Assembly: GCA_036785375.1 (NCBI GenBank)
Contig: JAWMAR010000217.1
Location: 3,038,001-3,102,000 of the forward strand
From: Leucoraja ocellata
Lineage: Eukaryota
Direction: 5' to 3'
Length of the DNA stretch: 64,000 bases
A program made the translations under genes and the position numbers. Each line of letters opens with the position of its first letter. Position 1 is the first letter of the stretch. The notes under the pieces were generated by a model, which saw nothing but the letters and a program-made list of their open reading frames with translations, had not been told where the DNA came from and did no database searches. This document shows positions 1 through 13,251 of the stretch, one piece after another.

Positions 1-327
1 CAAGTGGAACGTATTCCATCATGCTCCAGAGTTTTGCCTTCTAGATAGTGGAAAGGATTTGAAGCTTCAACCTAGATTACTTGCTCCAACCTTTCACATT
101 TGACTACAACTGACAACCTCTATGGCAGCATGCTAATATTAATCAAGGCTAGCATTGCACCTGCACTCGGTGTTACGGTAAGGGTTGCAGCCAGAGCGCT
201 CTGGAGATCTTAGTGTAATCTTTACATTAATTATTGTTAATATTTCCCAGTCTTAGAATGCTTTCTAATTTGGTGACAAGTGCAATGAATGGATTTGGTA
301 GTTAATGTTCCCAGTTAACATCTATAG

Positions 328-451
328 ATGTGTAGGAAGGAACTGCAGATGCTGGTTTACACCCAAGATAGAGACAAAATGCTGGAATAACTCTGGGTCA
401 GGTAGCATCTCTGGAGATAAAATGTTTCGGGTTGAGTCCCTTCTTCAGACA
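328..451 (-). mobile_element. Penelope-derived short repeat with hammerhead-like core
   Basis: Matches the dispersed 'ggaactgcagatgctgg...cccttcttcagac' family; the minus strand at 421-450 reads gtCTGAAGAagggactcaaccCGAAAcatt. Confidence 0.7.
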
Positions 452-1254
452 CTGTCTATCATCTATAGTTGTTGTGGTTTAAGCTGTAGAACATCCGTAT
501 CTTTTTCAGTCTTTCCTTCCTTCTGGAATCTTTTAAAAACTTTGCTCTGGTATTTCATCGTCAGATTTTGATTTGCATTCATAGAGTCATGGGGTCACGC
601 AGTTCAGAAACAGGAACTTCTGCTGATCATATCTAATATTTTGCCCATCAACACATCTCAATTAACTACATCAGGTCCCTATCCTTCTATGCCTTGATTA
701 TTTAATAGTCTGATAATGCTGAATAGTGATTGTATCTGATTCCACCACTACCTCAGGCAGCATGTTCCAGATATCAACAACTCTTTGGGTAAACAAACTT
801 ACCCCTGAGATCACTTGAAAATTCCTTCCTCTCGCGTTTAGCCCATGCCCTCTTCTTTTTAATTCCCTTACCATGGGAAAATGATTTTGACCATCTGTCT
901 TATAAAAGCCTCTCATAATCTTATATTTCTCTTTCAGGTCATGCTTCAACCTCCTTTGCTTCGTAGTAAATGAGCCCAGTCTATCCAATCTCTCTCCAAA
1001 CCTAAAGTCCTCCAATCCATAGTGAATCTTCTCTGCACTCACTCCATCTCAACCTCCCTATGTTTTAACAATCAGAACTGCACACAGTAGTCCAAGTACA
1101 ACTTAATCTGTGCTTTATAAAGTTATAACTTCCCACTCTTAGATTCTTGTCTTGACCTATGAAGACAAGTATGACCTATCCTTTCTGCACCATTCAATTT
1201 ACCTGTAGTGCCACTTTCAGGAAAATATAGGCGTGAACCTCAAGGTTTCTCTCA

Positions 1255-1470
1255 ACAAAAATGAAACAAGCTGCTGGAGAAACTCGGTGGGTGAGCAAAG
1301 GGATAGTCAACATTTTGGGTCAAGATCCTGCACCAGTCCTGATGCAGGATCTGATCCCCAAATATATCAACCATCTCTTTGCCTCCATAGATGCTGACTG
1401 ACCCACTGAATTCCCCCCGCAGTTTTTTTTTTTTTGCTGCACATCCCAGCATCTGCAGTCTCTTGTGTAC
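1255..1470. mobile_element. Degenerate palindromic Penelope-derived repeat
   Basis: gctggagaaactc...ttttgggtcaagatcctgcaccag/ctgatgcaggatctg...ccagcatctgcagtc, inverted arms of the same family. Confidence 0.55.
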
Positions 1471-1806
1471 CCTCTCTCTCATCAACATTCCTTAAATGTT
1501 GTGCCGTTTGCTGGATATGTCTTACCACTGTTTGCATTCCCAAAATGCACCATCTCGCACTTGCCAGAATTAATTCCATTTTCAAATGCTCAGTTAAATT
1601 TTCCATCTGATCTTTGTCCTGCTGTCGACTCAGACAACCTTATTCACTTGCAAAAGTACTTCCAATTTATATGTCATCTGCTAACTTACTTATCATACAT
1701 TCTCATCCAAGTCATTCATATATCACAGAAAAACATGATCCAAAGCTAGTCCCTACAATACACCATTGGTCACAGACTTCCAAGCAGAAAAATATCTCCA
1801 CCATTA

Positions 1807-2127
1807 CATAGAAACATAGAAAAATAGAAATTAGGTGCAGGAGTAGGCCATTCGGCCCTTCGAGCCTGCACCGCCATTCAATATGATCATGGCTGATCAT
1901 CCAACTCAGTATCCCGTACCTGCCTTCTCCCCATACCTTCTGATCCCCTTAGCCACAAGGGCCACATCTAACTCCCTCTTAAATATAGCCAATGAACTGG
2001 CCTCGACTACCCTCTGTGGCAGAGAGTTCCAGAGATTCACCACTCTCTGTGTGAAAAAAGTTCTTCTCATCTCGGTTTTAAAGGATTTCCCCCTTATCCT
2101 TAAGCTGTGACCCCTTGTCCAGGACTT
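1807..2127 (-). mobile_element. Young CR1 family A 3' fragment
   Basis: (catagaaa)n tail; nearly identical to 15485-15802; inserted in the older CR1 with a short ttac duplication/microhomology. Confidence 0.9.
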
Positions 2128-2727
2128 ACCTTCTGTCTCCTATTACCAAGCCAATTTGGATCCAAATCACCAGGTTTACTTGGAAGTCCTGTGTTCTAAC
2201 TTTCTGGACTGGCCTACTATGCAGGACCTTGTTGAATGCCTCGTTAAAGTCCATGTAGATAACATCTGCAAACTGAACTTTTATCAGCCTCCTTCATTGC
2301 TCCTCGAAACTCAATCAAATTAGTGAGAGGAAATTTCCTCAACCCAAAACTAAGCTTTCAGTCCCATATCATATTCTATCTTTCCAAATATATCCGTTAG
2401 AATTTCCCTACCAATCACATAATGCTCACTGGCCTTTGGTTGCTGGCATATCCTTTGCTGCTCTTCTTAACCAAAGGAACAATGATTCTGGGGGAAATAA
2501 AATTCTGGCACGAAGGGAACCTTTCGTACTGCTGAAAATTTGTGGTGTTGCAGATATAACTTAAGCAAAGATGCCTTCACAGAGCTTTTCACTGTGCCTT
2601 GGTACACGTGACAATTATAAACCTAAACCTTTGTTTAGCACCATTGTTAATCTTGTATGTACTGTATTACTTTGCAATATTGATGAATTTTGTGCAGTAA
2701 TAAATACCGATTTGTGTGTGGTTACAG

Positions 2728-3333
2728 GTTGGTGAAATGAAGGCTCATGCTGCTGAATGGAAAGCAAATGTGACAGCAGAGTTCAGGGAGACACGGAGAC
2801 GACTAAGTGTGGAGATACACGACAAACTTCAGAGAGCAGCAACCATCCGAAACATGGAGCGAAGGCGGCTTGGCTTGGACCAGCGAGCACATTCCCTGGA
2901 CATGCTCTCCCCTGAGAAGCGGTTAGCATTTGCAGGTCCGGAGACCGGCCAATTCAAAGCATCATCTCAGGAAAGTATAAATGGCAATGCTAACAATCTA
3001 CAGCAGAAAGAAACAAGGCAATATGACAAGCACATGCAGGGAGCGTCGGAGGACAACATCATCAATAAATTTGGATCTTCGTCAAGAGGAATCAAGAGAT
3101 ACAAAAATAAAGAACTTAAAAAAGAAATACCAGAGGATGTTAGAAAAATATATGAAACATTTGGGAATTGTGCTCTGGACCAAGAGAAAAAGGATCTTGA
3201 AAAAGAGAAAGAAAATAGCCCAGTTGTCCCAGCTATAACTAGTTATGTTCAACACGCAGAAATAGAGGATGATGGTATACCCAATGAAACTAAAAATCCA
3301 GAAAATAGGAACTTACTTGAAAAAAAGATTTAA
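2728..3333 (+). CDS. KCNK10: Last coding exon of potassium channel subfamily K member 10 (TREK-2), cytoplasmic C-terminus
   Basis: After acceptor gttacag| the frame reads [65 protein letters not shown]...KASSQESI...[13 protein letters not shown], the TREK-2 C-tail with the RRRLS PKA motif; stop TAA at 3331-3333. Confidence 0.95.
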   Translation, partial: VGEMKAHAAEWKANVTAEFRETRRRLSVEIHDKLQRAATIRNMERRRLGLDQRAHSLDMLSPEKRLAFAGPETGQFKASSQESINGNANNLQQKETRQYDKHMQGASEDNIINKFGSSSRGIKRYKNKELKKEIPEDVRKIYETFGNCALDQEKKDLEKEKENSPVVPAITSYVQHAEIEDDGIPNETKNPENRNLLEKKI

Positions 3334-4704
3334 AGTGGTACGGAGAACAATGTAAGAAGTTTGAAGGTTTTTAAAATTCCTGACATGTGCCTTATCATTT
3401 TCAAAATGTGAGAAGATTATGTTACACATGCATGGTCCACACAACCTGTGGACAGATTTATTGTGCCACTGTGATATAAGGGTTTGACTACCAAATATCA
3501 ACCATCAGCTGAATTAACCCATTGAAACTTTGTGGATGTGTTTTGCGATGGACAATACAAACTTGTGAAATTTTTAAGAGGACCTCGTGCCCATTACCAA
3601 TGCAGTATACCTTAGGAAAGAAGTGAATGCCTCTGTACGTTGTTATCGGAGGTCCCACTTGATCTCTGTATATGTTTACTACTGAGAGGATTCACCTTTG
3701 GAATATTTATTTCCTTTAATTTATTAGAACGGTTCTACAATTTTTAACTAAACATCAGTTTGTGCAAACATCTTGGGCATCTGCTTGGCGTGTGCTGTTT
3801 GACCCTTTGAAGATGTTACATTTGTGATAACGGTACGACTTCTGCAGCAGACCAACACAGCAAAGTTTCATTGTTACAATATCCTTGTGTAATTGCTAAA
3901 GACTAAGCACTCAACAAAAAAGTCTGCATGTTATATCTTTGTAATTTAATATGCAATATCTAAGACTGATCTTGACAAATGTTAATTTCTCAGAGCTCTC
4001 TTGCCCTGCTGTTACAAAGTTTTCTATATTACTGTAGGTCTACGATATGGTGTTGGGAATAATATTACACAGAGTAATAATTCAGAGAAAGCATGTTGAT
4101 TATATTGATCTATGGTAATTCTCTTGTCTGTGATTCTTCTGCAATTGATGCAATTCATTGGTATTGGTTCTTGAAAATTAATATCAATAAAATGAAGACA
4201 GAGCCTGATAAAGTTAAGCAGGTATTTTTAATCACTGTTTTACTTATTTTTTCCTTTTCTTTTGTATGAAGGCTACACCCTTGATCCAGCCTTCTATCAT
4301 GGAGGCTGGTAAAACAGGTTAGACATCCTGAAGCTGCTTTGAGTGCAGGTGCTGCAGTTCACAAAGATCAAAAGGATAATCTTCCAGGGTCAGATATTTC
4401 TTCTCTGTAGAACTCTGATCTATGGTTGATTAGGAACAGACAGGTAAATTCACAGGATACTTAATATATTTATGTCAGAAATGGTCCAGTCTGAAATCTG
4501 CAACCTCAGGAATTTACAAGTGGTTTTAAAGATGCAGAAGACAACAACTTTGGAAATGCATGCACCTTGATCTGCAATCTGGTTTAAATTGGGATTCCTA
4601 ATCACACCAAATTCCAAAGGGTTTTAGCAATTAAACCCTCAATTAAATCTGGAAACTTTCCTAATTGGGCTACTATGTTTGCTATTTATTTCCTTTAACC
4701 CTGT

Positions 4705-4761
4705 CCCTGACATTTCACTGCACATCTCGTATATGTATGTGACGAATAAACTTGACTTGAC
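4705..4761 (+). mobile_element. Rex1/Babar-type LINE extreme 3' tail
   Basis: tttcactgcacatctcgta...aataaacttgacttgac, same tail as 27490-27550 and 41860-41933. Confidence 0.7.
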
Positions 4762-6174
4762 ACCTCGCCATGTCTGGCACCACCTGCAATCTAGTGGAAC
4801 CTATATGGCCCTCATTAATAGGATCCTATGTCTCAAGCTCCGGGTTATCCGCTATCACTTAATGCAAATATCCCTGAGGTTCTGTACTGACTCAACATTG
4901 GATCAATACTAAGAGCTGGCCTTTGGAAATTTATAACTGAGGGGCATCTGGTTGATTTTGTCACAGATCCAACAGACTCGCAGATAAAGTTACGCAAGGC
5001 ATCTGTTGACGTAGTCAACAAATTTGGAGAGCAAATTGTGGCCATGCATTTAAGCAAAAACAAAATCTCAGAATAGTATATTTTAAACAGTTCTGGAGTG
5101 ATGTAAACAAACAGTAAATGAAAGTGCAGATGCTGGCTATCAGAATCAAAACTGAAACATGCTGGAGACACAGACGATCAGGCAGCATTGAGAAAAAGAA
5201 AACCTAGTTAATATTTCAGATCAAAAACCAGATTGGATGAATGTAAGATTATTTACAACTGGTTCATTGAAAATCCAATTTTCATATTTTTTATATTTCT
5301 TTCTTTCTGTAAAGTTGTATAATTTTTGAACTAAAGAATTAATAATTTTCAACTGTTTTCTTTCTGTGATTATTTTTTTGCCAGCATTGATGACTGTGTT
5401 CCATCCTATTTCATTTCCTGAAGTTGAAAAAGTAAATAATATTCCTAACCTGTTTAAATTTCAAATTTAACTTGCAACTTGAACTCCTCAGGAGAGTAAC
5501 ATTTGTGTTGGTATTGTATCATTGTGTGATATCACTTCAACACTATAGTGCAATGCAATGCTGCCGAGCTATAAATAAACCCCAGGAAATTACAGCTCAC
5601 ACAAGAATTTCCAATGGTGATTTGTCACTTTACATTTAATATTTTCAATTATTTTCCAAAATGGGAGATTGGCACACGTAATATGTTTCTGACAAAGAGA
5701 AGATGAATGATCACTTAAAGAGTATGACAGTATTTTGAATTAAATGATTGAGCACAAAGGTATTATTAATCACAAAGCTATTTGTCTTTGTTGTCTACAA
5801 AACTGGGTTGATTTCTGTGCACGTGTACAATGGTAAATGTTTATCTTTCTCAAATTATTCTCTTATCTTTTCTCAAGTGAAATTCAAACTAATCTTGTAC
5901 ACAAAGTTCCCCTGCTCCCCCAATGAGCACAATCCTACAATCCCTTGCTCCCACAATCCTTCAGCAACATAACCCTCTAAAAGCCTACTCATCCATGAAT
6001 TAAATCACTTCACTATTAGATGCCATGAACCAAGGCTCAGAATTCTCTTCAGCCTTTCCGTCTCTCTATATGTGATCCCATGCTTTGACCAAATGTTTAG
6101 CTAGCTGTCCTAATATGATTTGCTTCAACACTGTCATTGTTAGATAACCCTCCCTCAAATTGCAGAGGGCTCCT

Positions 6175-6750
6175 TTTTAGTTTATTGTCACATGTGCCAA
6201 GGTACAGTGCAAAAGCTTTTCTTCATGTTGCGTACCATCCAGTCAGTGGAAAGACTATACATGATTACAATCAAGCCATCCATAATATAGAGTTAAAGGA
6301 TAAAGGGAATAACATTTTGTGCCAGATAAAATCCAGTAAAGTCTGATTAAAGACATTCCGAGGTCTCCAATGAGGTAGATGGTAGCTCAGGGTGGCTCTG
6401 TTGCTTGATAACAGCTGGGGAGAAACTGTTCCTGAATGTGGAGGTGAGCGTTTTCACACTTCTGTCTCTCTTGCCGGATGGGGGAGGGGAAATGAGGGCG
6501 CGTGCGGGGTTAGACTTGACAATGATTATGCTGATGGCCTTGCCGAGGCAACTTGGTTGTAGATGGGGTCAATGGAAAGAAGGTTGTTTTGTGTGATGGT
6601 TTGGGCTGCATTCACAATTCTCTGCAATTTATTGTGGTCTTAGATGGAGCTGATCCAAAATCATGCAGTGATTCATTGTGATAAAATGCTTTCTACGGTG
6701 CATCTGTAGAAATTGGTGAGAGTTGTTTGGGACATGCCGAACTTCCTAAG
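6175..6750 (-). mobile_element. Rex1/Babar-type LINE 3' fragment
   Basis: Tail ttttagtttattgtcacatgtgccaaggtacagtg plus degenerate C-terminal coding region; reverse complement of the 33290-33595 family. Confidence 0.65.
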
Positions 6751-6905
6751 CAATGTCAGCACCAGAAGACAAGAAAATAGAACCAGGTCAGGGCCACTTG
6801 GCCTCATAAACCATTGAACATCATCGCCTTTTCTGTGCCAATTCCACATTTAATTCAATTTACTTTCAAAAAATGATATGCCTTTTTAAATATCGACAAT
6901 GATTT

Positions 6906-7184
6906 GGTTTAGAGATACAGCGTGGAAACAGGAACTTTAGCCCACCAAGTCCGTGCTGACCAGCGATCCCATACGTTGGCACTATCCTAAACATTAGAGG
7001 CAATTTACAATTTTTACTGAAGCCAATCAACCTACAAACCTGTACGTCTGAAGTGTGGGAAGAACCCGGAGCAGCCTGGGTAAACCCATGCGGTCATGGG
7101 TAGAACGTACAATCTCCGTACAGACTGCAGTCAGGATTGAACCCGGGTCTCTGGCACTATAAGGCAGCGACTCTACCGCTGCGC
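6906..7184 (-). mobile_element. tRNA-derived SINE (HE1/V-SINE-like)
   Basis: Minus strand gcgcagcggtagagtcgctgcc...gacccgggttcaatcctgac (A/B-box-like), core caggtttgtaggttgattggc, tail ctgtatctctaaac. Confidence 0.8.
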
Positions 7185-9454
7185 ATACATATCGTACTTC
7201 AAATGGTCTAGCCATTTGAAGCACGATAAAAGAAGTTCGTAATTTACACTAGAATTTGTTGTCAGCAATTTGTCACTGGCAATATCATGAATTTAATCTC
7301 TGGCAATACAGACTCACTGAAAAATACCAAAGTTTAAATAGATGGATTCATTAAAAATATTACAGATGTTTAAATATGTATTTAATATATGTACCTTAAT
7401 CGTATCTGGATGTTACATTCTTTAGCACCCTGTGCAATATTTAATGAATGTTTTTGTGTTCCAAGGCATGCTGTTTGTGAAAACTTATTAACGCGATAGG
7501 TTGCTCAATGAGCTTGAAGATATAGAGCGAACTGATGAACCTGACAAATGAAGGCATTTGGGTTGAAGGCGTTGCTTTGTCAGTGGCATTACATTTTGGG
7601 GCAAATTTATTTTTATTGCGTTTGTTCATCATTGGTCTTAAAAAAGATAAAATAGAGCCATCAATTATGTCATCAACTATGGTATCATGATTTTGGAGTG
7701 GATTTAATTTTATTCATAATAATATCAGTGTGTAAGAGAAACCACAGCACAAGCATTTGTTGAACAAAGTGATGAAGCAGAAAAAGGGGCATCACGGTTT
7801 TCTATTTTTCTAACAAATCACATTCTAATAAATTATTCATGATATCAAGGTAAACAGATCACCTTTGAATAAAGCTAAAATCTTCAAAAGATATATTAAT
7901 AAAATTACTGAATTTGAGAGAGACTGATATGATTTAATTGAAGAGGTTTGATAGGAAAACAAATCACTGCCATGTGAGCTAGCCTGAATATACTTAAATG
8001 CTCCCTAAAGAAAGTGAAATGAATCAGGTTTTTGATGGAAACAATCATTAAATATGTGTGGCTGGTACTTTAAACATATCCAATGCGCAAACCAAATGTG
8101 TTGCAAGCCCTCATACTTCTCGTGTCACATTATTCTATTTTCACATGTTGCCTCTGCCATTATTTTGTATTCAAATAAACCCAATCTTTCACAAATATTG
8201 AAGTTGCCTTGATTACTGTTTCCTAACCCAACACAATATTCAAAGATATTTGTGGTGGTCCTTTGCGGATTCCTTTGATAGGACCTTAATCTTGAGACAC
8301 CACATTAATTTTATACCCTCAGTATGAGTGGTGGTGAGAGTAAAACAGAGACTAAAACATGAGAGATTTGTGTCTGAAAATATCCAGCCCTTAACATTGA
8401 ACTTTACTGATCAGGAGCTATTATCTTTTTTATCTGTGGAAAACATGTGTATTTTTTGATTTCTCATCTTATTAATGCAACAACCACCTAATATTGGGAA
8501 TGTTAGTTAATCATCAAACCAACAAGATGAAGCCAATGTTGTTCCCAGCAGTTAACCAGAGAAGAAACCTTGAGCATCAGTTCACTGTAAAGTTAGTACC
8601 AAACCTTGACTACGTTCTCAATGGGATCAACTAGGAGAGGAGATGTTGAGAAGGGCATCATCCAGATCAGGGTGAGATAGGGTGGGTGGGGGTATATTGT
8701 GTTGGTGACCAGAGTGGACCAAGGTCATAGTTAGCAATATATGTCTGTGGTTTTACTAACTGGTCAGAAGGAGCATTCCTGCCATGTCCAAATTTGCAGT
8801 TAAATATTTGAGCACATTCACCATTGTGAAGCAGCCTGCAGCAGTTATTGTCTCTTTTTCTCACAGTAGGGGTATCTAAAATGTAGTTGGGTAGAAAGGT
8901 CCATGTGGATGTGGTGGCTGAAAGGGGTGTGGTGTATCAGTGCTGTATGACTATGATCCAATGACAATTCCCTAGAGACCTGGAAGTATGTGGCAATCTG
9001 ATAGAATGACATCAATAATGTTGTGACATTTTATTTTCCATTAACTTCTGACTCATAAGGTATCTTCTCCCAAAGGCATCCGTTTGTTTTGATGCTGAAG
9101 TGCTGTGGAAAATATTGTGATGCCATCAGATATGATGCAGATCAGGACAGCAAATGGGTCTTAATTAAAGCCTGGGGTTAAAATTATTTGGCAGCCAGAG
9201 TGGGATCAAGATTCATTGATATTCAGGACAAACGGAGAATGCGAGACTCACAGTGGTGGGGTTTGTTCGGGTGGTGATGGTGGGCTGGGGGGGTTTGTGT
9301 TCATTATTGCAGAAGGTCCAGGGAGAAGCACAGGGTTAGTGGGACAAGCTCTTTGCCATAACCATGGACATTACAATAAAACAATGTTGAAATGGGACAA
9401 GAGGGCAACAGAAATATTATCTTGTAACTGCCATCGACCTGTTCCTGAAGTTGA

Positions 9455-9685
9455 AACAAAGAACTGCAGATGCTGGTTAATACACAAAAGGATATAAAGT
9501 GTTGGAATAACTCAGCAGGTGAGGCAGCATCTCTGGAGAACATGGATAGGCAAAGTTTTGGGTCGAGATCCTTCTTCAAGTGTCCCGATCCAGTCTGAAG
9601 AAAGGTCTCGACCCAAAACATCACCTATCCATGTTTTCCAGGGATGCTGTCTGATATGCTGAGTTACCTTAGCACTTTGTGACCT
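9455..9685. mobile_element. Inverted pair of Penelope-derived hammerhead repeats
   Basis: Left arm ends gggtcgagatccttcttca; right arm starts gtctgaagaaaggtctcgaccc; the arms are reverse complements. Confidence 0.75.
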
Positions 9686-9932
9686 ATTCTTGAAATCTGT
9701 TCTATGTTCTATGTTTGATATCCGAAGCTAGTTTTTCACATTGTCCTCCTTCCTCTCAGAATCATTTATTTTTCCCTCCCAAACCCATTTTCCAGCCTTC
9801 TCCCCGTAACCCTTAATGCCTTTACAAATCAAGAATCTATCTCCAGTTTAATGTCTTAGCTTCCACAGCGGCAATGAATTCCACAGATTGACCACCCTCT
9901 GGCTATTAGTTGGGCCCCAATATTTAAAACTA

Positions 9933-10180
9933 GCAATAATTTTGTTCAAGACCTCGAACACAGCCACAGTCCCGCAGATGAGTATGTCCAAATAATGGAA
10001 ATAGTGCGAAAAATCTGGAACGATGTTTGGAGGTACCGTATGTCTGATGTTTATGAGTACCTCTCTCATGAAAGTGATCTTTGTAGGATTTTCACAGATG
10101 ACACAAATGAACAAACACATACAAAACATCAAGGAGCAGTACAACGTGGCAGCCATCGTCGGCACTAGTCCGACATACAT
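9933..10180 (-). mobile_element. 5' end of a Rex1/Babar-type LINE
   Basis: gatggctgcc start-like motif and ITFMREVLINIR peptide resembling the N-terminal leader of Rex1-like ORFs. Confidence 0.5.
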
Positions 10181-10382
10181 TCATATAATATAACCGTATA
10201 ACAATTACAGCACAGAAACAGGCCATCTCGACCCTTCTAGTCTGCGCCGAACACGTATTCTCCCCTAGTCCCATATACCTGCGCTCAGACCATAACCCTC
10301 CATTCCTTTCCCGTCCATATAACTATCCAATTTATTTTTAAATGATAAAAACAAACCTGCCTCCACCACCTTCACTGGAAGC

Positions 10383-13251
10383 TCATTCCACACAGCCACC
10401 ACTCTCTGAGTAAAGGTTCCCCCTCATGTTACCCCTAAACTTCTGTCCCTTAATTCTCAAGTCATGTCCCCTTGTTTGAATCTTCCCTACTCTCAGTGGG
10501 AAAAGCTTAACCACGCCAACTCTGTCTATCCCTCTCATCATTTTAAAGACCTCTATCAAGTCCCCCCTTAACCTTCTGCGCTCCAAAGAATAAAGCCCCA
10601 ACTTGTTCAACCTTTCTCTGTAACTTAGTTGCTGAAACCCAGGCAACATTCTAGTAAATCTCCTCTGTACTCTCTCTATTTTGATGACATCCTTCCTATA
10701 ATTAGGCGACCAAAATTGTACACCATACTCCAGAATTGGCCTCACCAATGCCTTGTACAATTTTAACATTACATCCCAACTTCTATACCCAATGCTCTGA
10801 TTTATAAAGGCCAGCACACCAAAAGCTTTCTTTACCACCCTATCTACATGAGATTCCACTTTCAGGGAACTGTGCACAGTTATTCCCAGATCCCTCTGTT
10901 CACCTGCATTCTTCAATTCCCTACCATTTACCATGTACGTCCTATTTTGATTTGCCTGCCAAGATGTAGCACCTCACATTTATCAGCATTAAACCCCATC
11001 TGCCATCTTTCAGCCCACTCTTCCAACTGACATAAATCTCTCTGTAGACTTTGAAAATCTACTTCATTATCCACAACCCCACCTATCTTAGTATCATCTG
11101 CATACTTACTAATCCAATTTACCACACCATCATCCAGATCATTGATGTACATGACAAACAACAGTGGACCCAACACAGATCCCTGTGGCACCCCACTAGT
11201 CACTGGCCTCCAACCTGACAAACAACCATCCACCATTACTCTCTGGCATCTCCCATTCAGCCACTGTTGAATCCATCTTGCTACTCCACCATTAATACCC
11301 AACAATTGAACCTTCTTAACCAACCTTCCGCGAGGAACCTTGTCAAAGGCCATATTGAAGTCCATATATACAGCATCCACTGCTTTACCTTCATCAATTT
11401 CCCGAGTAACCTCTTCAAAAAATTCAAGAAGATTAGTCAAACATGACCTTCCAGGCACAAATCCATGTTGACTGTTCCTAATCAGACCCTGTTTATCCAG
11501 ATGCTTATATATATTATCTCTAAGTATCCTTTCCATTAATTTGCCCACCACTGACGTCAAACTAACAGGTCTATAATTGCTAGGTTTACTCTTAGACCCC
11601 TTTTTAAACAATGGAACACCATGTGCAGTACACCAATCCTCCGGCACCATTCCCGTTTCAAATGACATCTGAAATATTTCTGTCATAGCCCCTGCTATTT
11701 CTACACTAACTTCCCTCAATGTCCTAGGGAATATCCTGTCCGGACCTGGAGACTTATCCACTTTTATATTTCTCAAAAGTGTCAGTACTTCCTCTTCTTT
11801 GAATCTCATAGTTTCCATAGCTACTCTACTTGTTTCCCTTACCTCACATTATTCATTATCCTTCTCCTTGGTGAATACCGAAGAAAAGAAATTGTTCAAT
11901 ATCTCCCCCATCTCTTTTGGCTCTGCAGATAGCTGTCCACTCTGACTCTCTAATGGACCAATTTTATCCCTCGTTATCCTTTTGCTATTAATATAGCTGT
12001 AGAAACCCTTTGGATTTACTTTCACCTTACTTGCCAAAGCAACCTCATATCTTCTTTTAGCTTTTCTAATTTCTTTCCTAAGATTCTTTTTACATTCTTT
12101 ATACTCCTCAAGCACCTCATTTACTCCATGCTGCCTATAATTATTGTAGATCTCTCTCTTTTTCCGAACCGTGTCCAATTTCCCTTGAAAACCATGGCTC
12201 TTTCCAATTTTTACTATTTCCTTTAGACCGAACAGGGACATAAAGATTCTGTACTCTTAAAATGTCACCTTTAAATGTCCTCCATTTCTCTTCCATATCT
12301 TTCCCATAAAACAAACTGTCCCAATTTACTCATTTTAAATCCTTTCGCATCTCCTCAAAGTTAGCCTTTCTCCAATCAAAAATCTCAACCCTAGGTCCAG
12401 TTCTGACCCTCTCCATAATTATATTGAAACTAATGGTATTGTGATCACTAGTCCCGAACTGTTCCCCAACGCATACTTCTGCTACCTGACCCGTCTCATT
12501 TCCTAACAGGAGGTCCAGCACCGCACCTTCTCTAGTAGGTACTTCTATGTATTGCTGCAAAAAACTATCCTGCACACATTTTACAAACTCCAAATATCCT
12601 GCACACATTTTACAACTTACAAACCCCATCCAGCCCATTTACAAAATGTGTTTCCCAGTCTATGTGTGGAAAATTGATATCTCCCACAATCACTACCTTG
12701 TGCTTACTACGAATATCTGCAATCTCCTTACATATTTGATCTTCCAATTCTCGCTCCCCATTTGGCGGTCTATAATACACCCCTATAAGTGTTGCTACCC
12801 CTTTACCATTTCTCAGTTCCACCCAAATAGCCTCCCTAGATGAGCCCTCTAATCTATCCTGCCAAAGCACTGCTGTAATATCTTCCCTGATAAGCAATGC
12901 AACACCTCCACCTCTTGCCCCTCCAATTCTATCACACCTGAAGCAACGAAATCCTGGAATATTTAGTTTCCAATCACAGCCCTCCTGCAACCATGTTTCA
13001 CTGATCGCCACAACATCATACTTCCAGGTGTCAATCCAGGCTCCAAGTTCATCCACATTTCTTACAATGCTCCTAGCATTAAAATATACACATTTAAGAA
13101 ACCCACCCTCTCTTATTCTCTGTTTATTGTCTTTTTCTTCTCTCTCCCCTACATTTTGGGTCAGAGTGCTACCATTCTCTACCTCCTGCCTTGCACACTG
13201 ACTGCTAGCTTTCCCAATTTGAGTCCCTCCCCCCAACCATACTAGTTTAAA
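10383..13251 (-). pseudogene. CR1 family B ORF2 (APE endonuclease-RT), frameshifted
   Basis: Split across ORFs 12610-13410, 12330-12638, 11849-12241, 10928-11818 and 10383-10934; a small tandem duplication lies near 12566-12617. Confidence 0.9.

Larger units (their letters stand above)
580..2480 (-). mobile_element. Old degraded CR1 LINE 3' portion, interrupted by younger inserts
   Basis: ORF 698-1042 contains CR1 C-terminal motifs (ERLDRLG, RGHGL, FTQRVVDIWNMLP); degenerate RT-like sequence continues at 1480-1800 and 2130-2480. Confidence 0.7.
3334..8200 (+). other. Probable KCNK10 3' UTR; candidate polyA signals AATAAA at 4186, 5574 and 8174
   Basis: AT-rich, mostly unique sequence after the stop; the true end cannot be fixed from sequence alone. 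Confidence 0.4.

Noticed and set aside
2716-2727. ORF-track start 'MWLQ' for the KCNK10 ORF
   Set aside because: This is intronic sequence (GTG start call); the exon begins after the acceptor at 2728.
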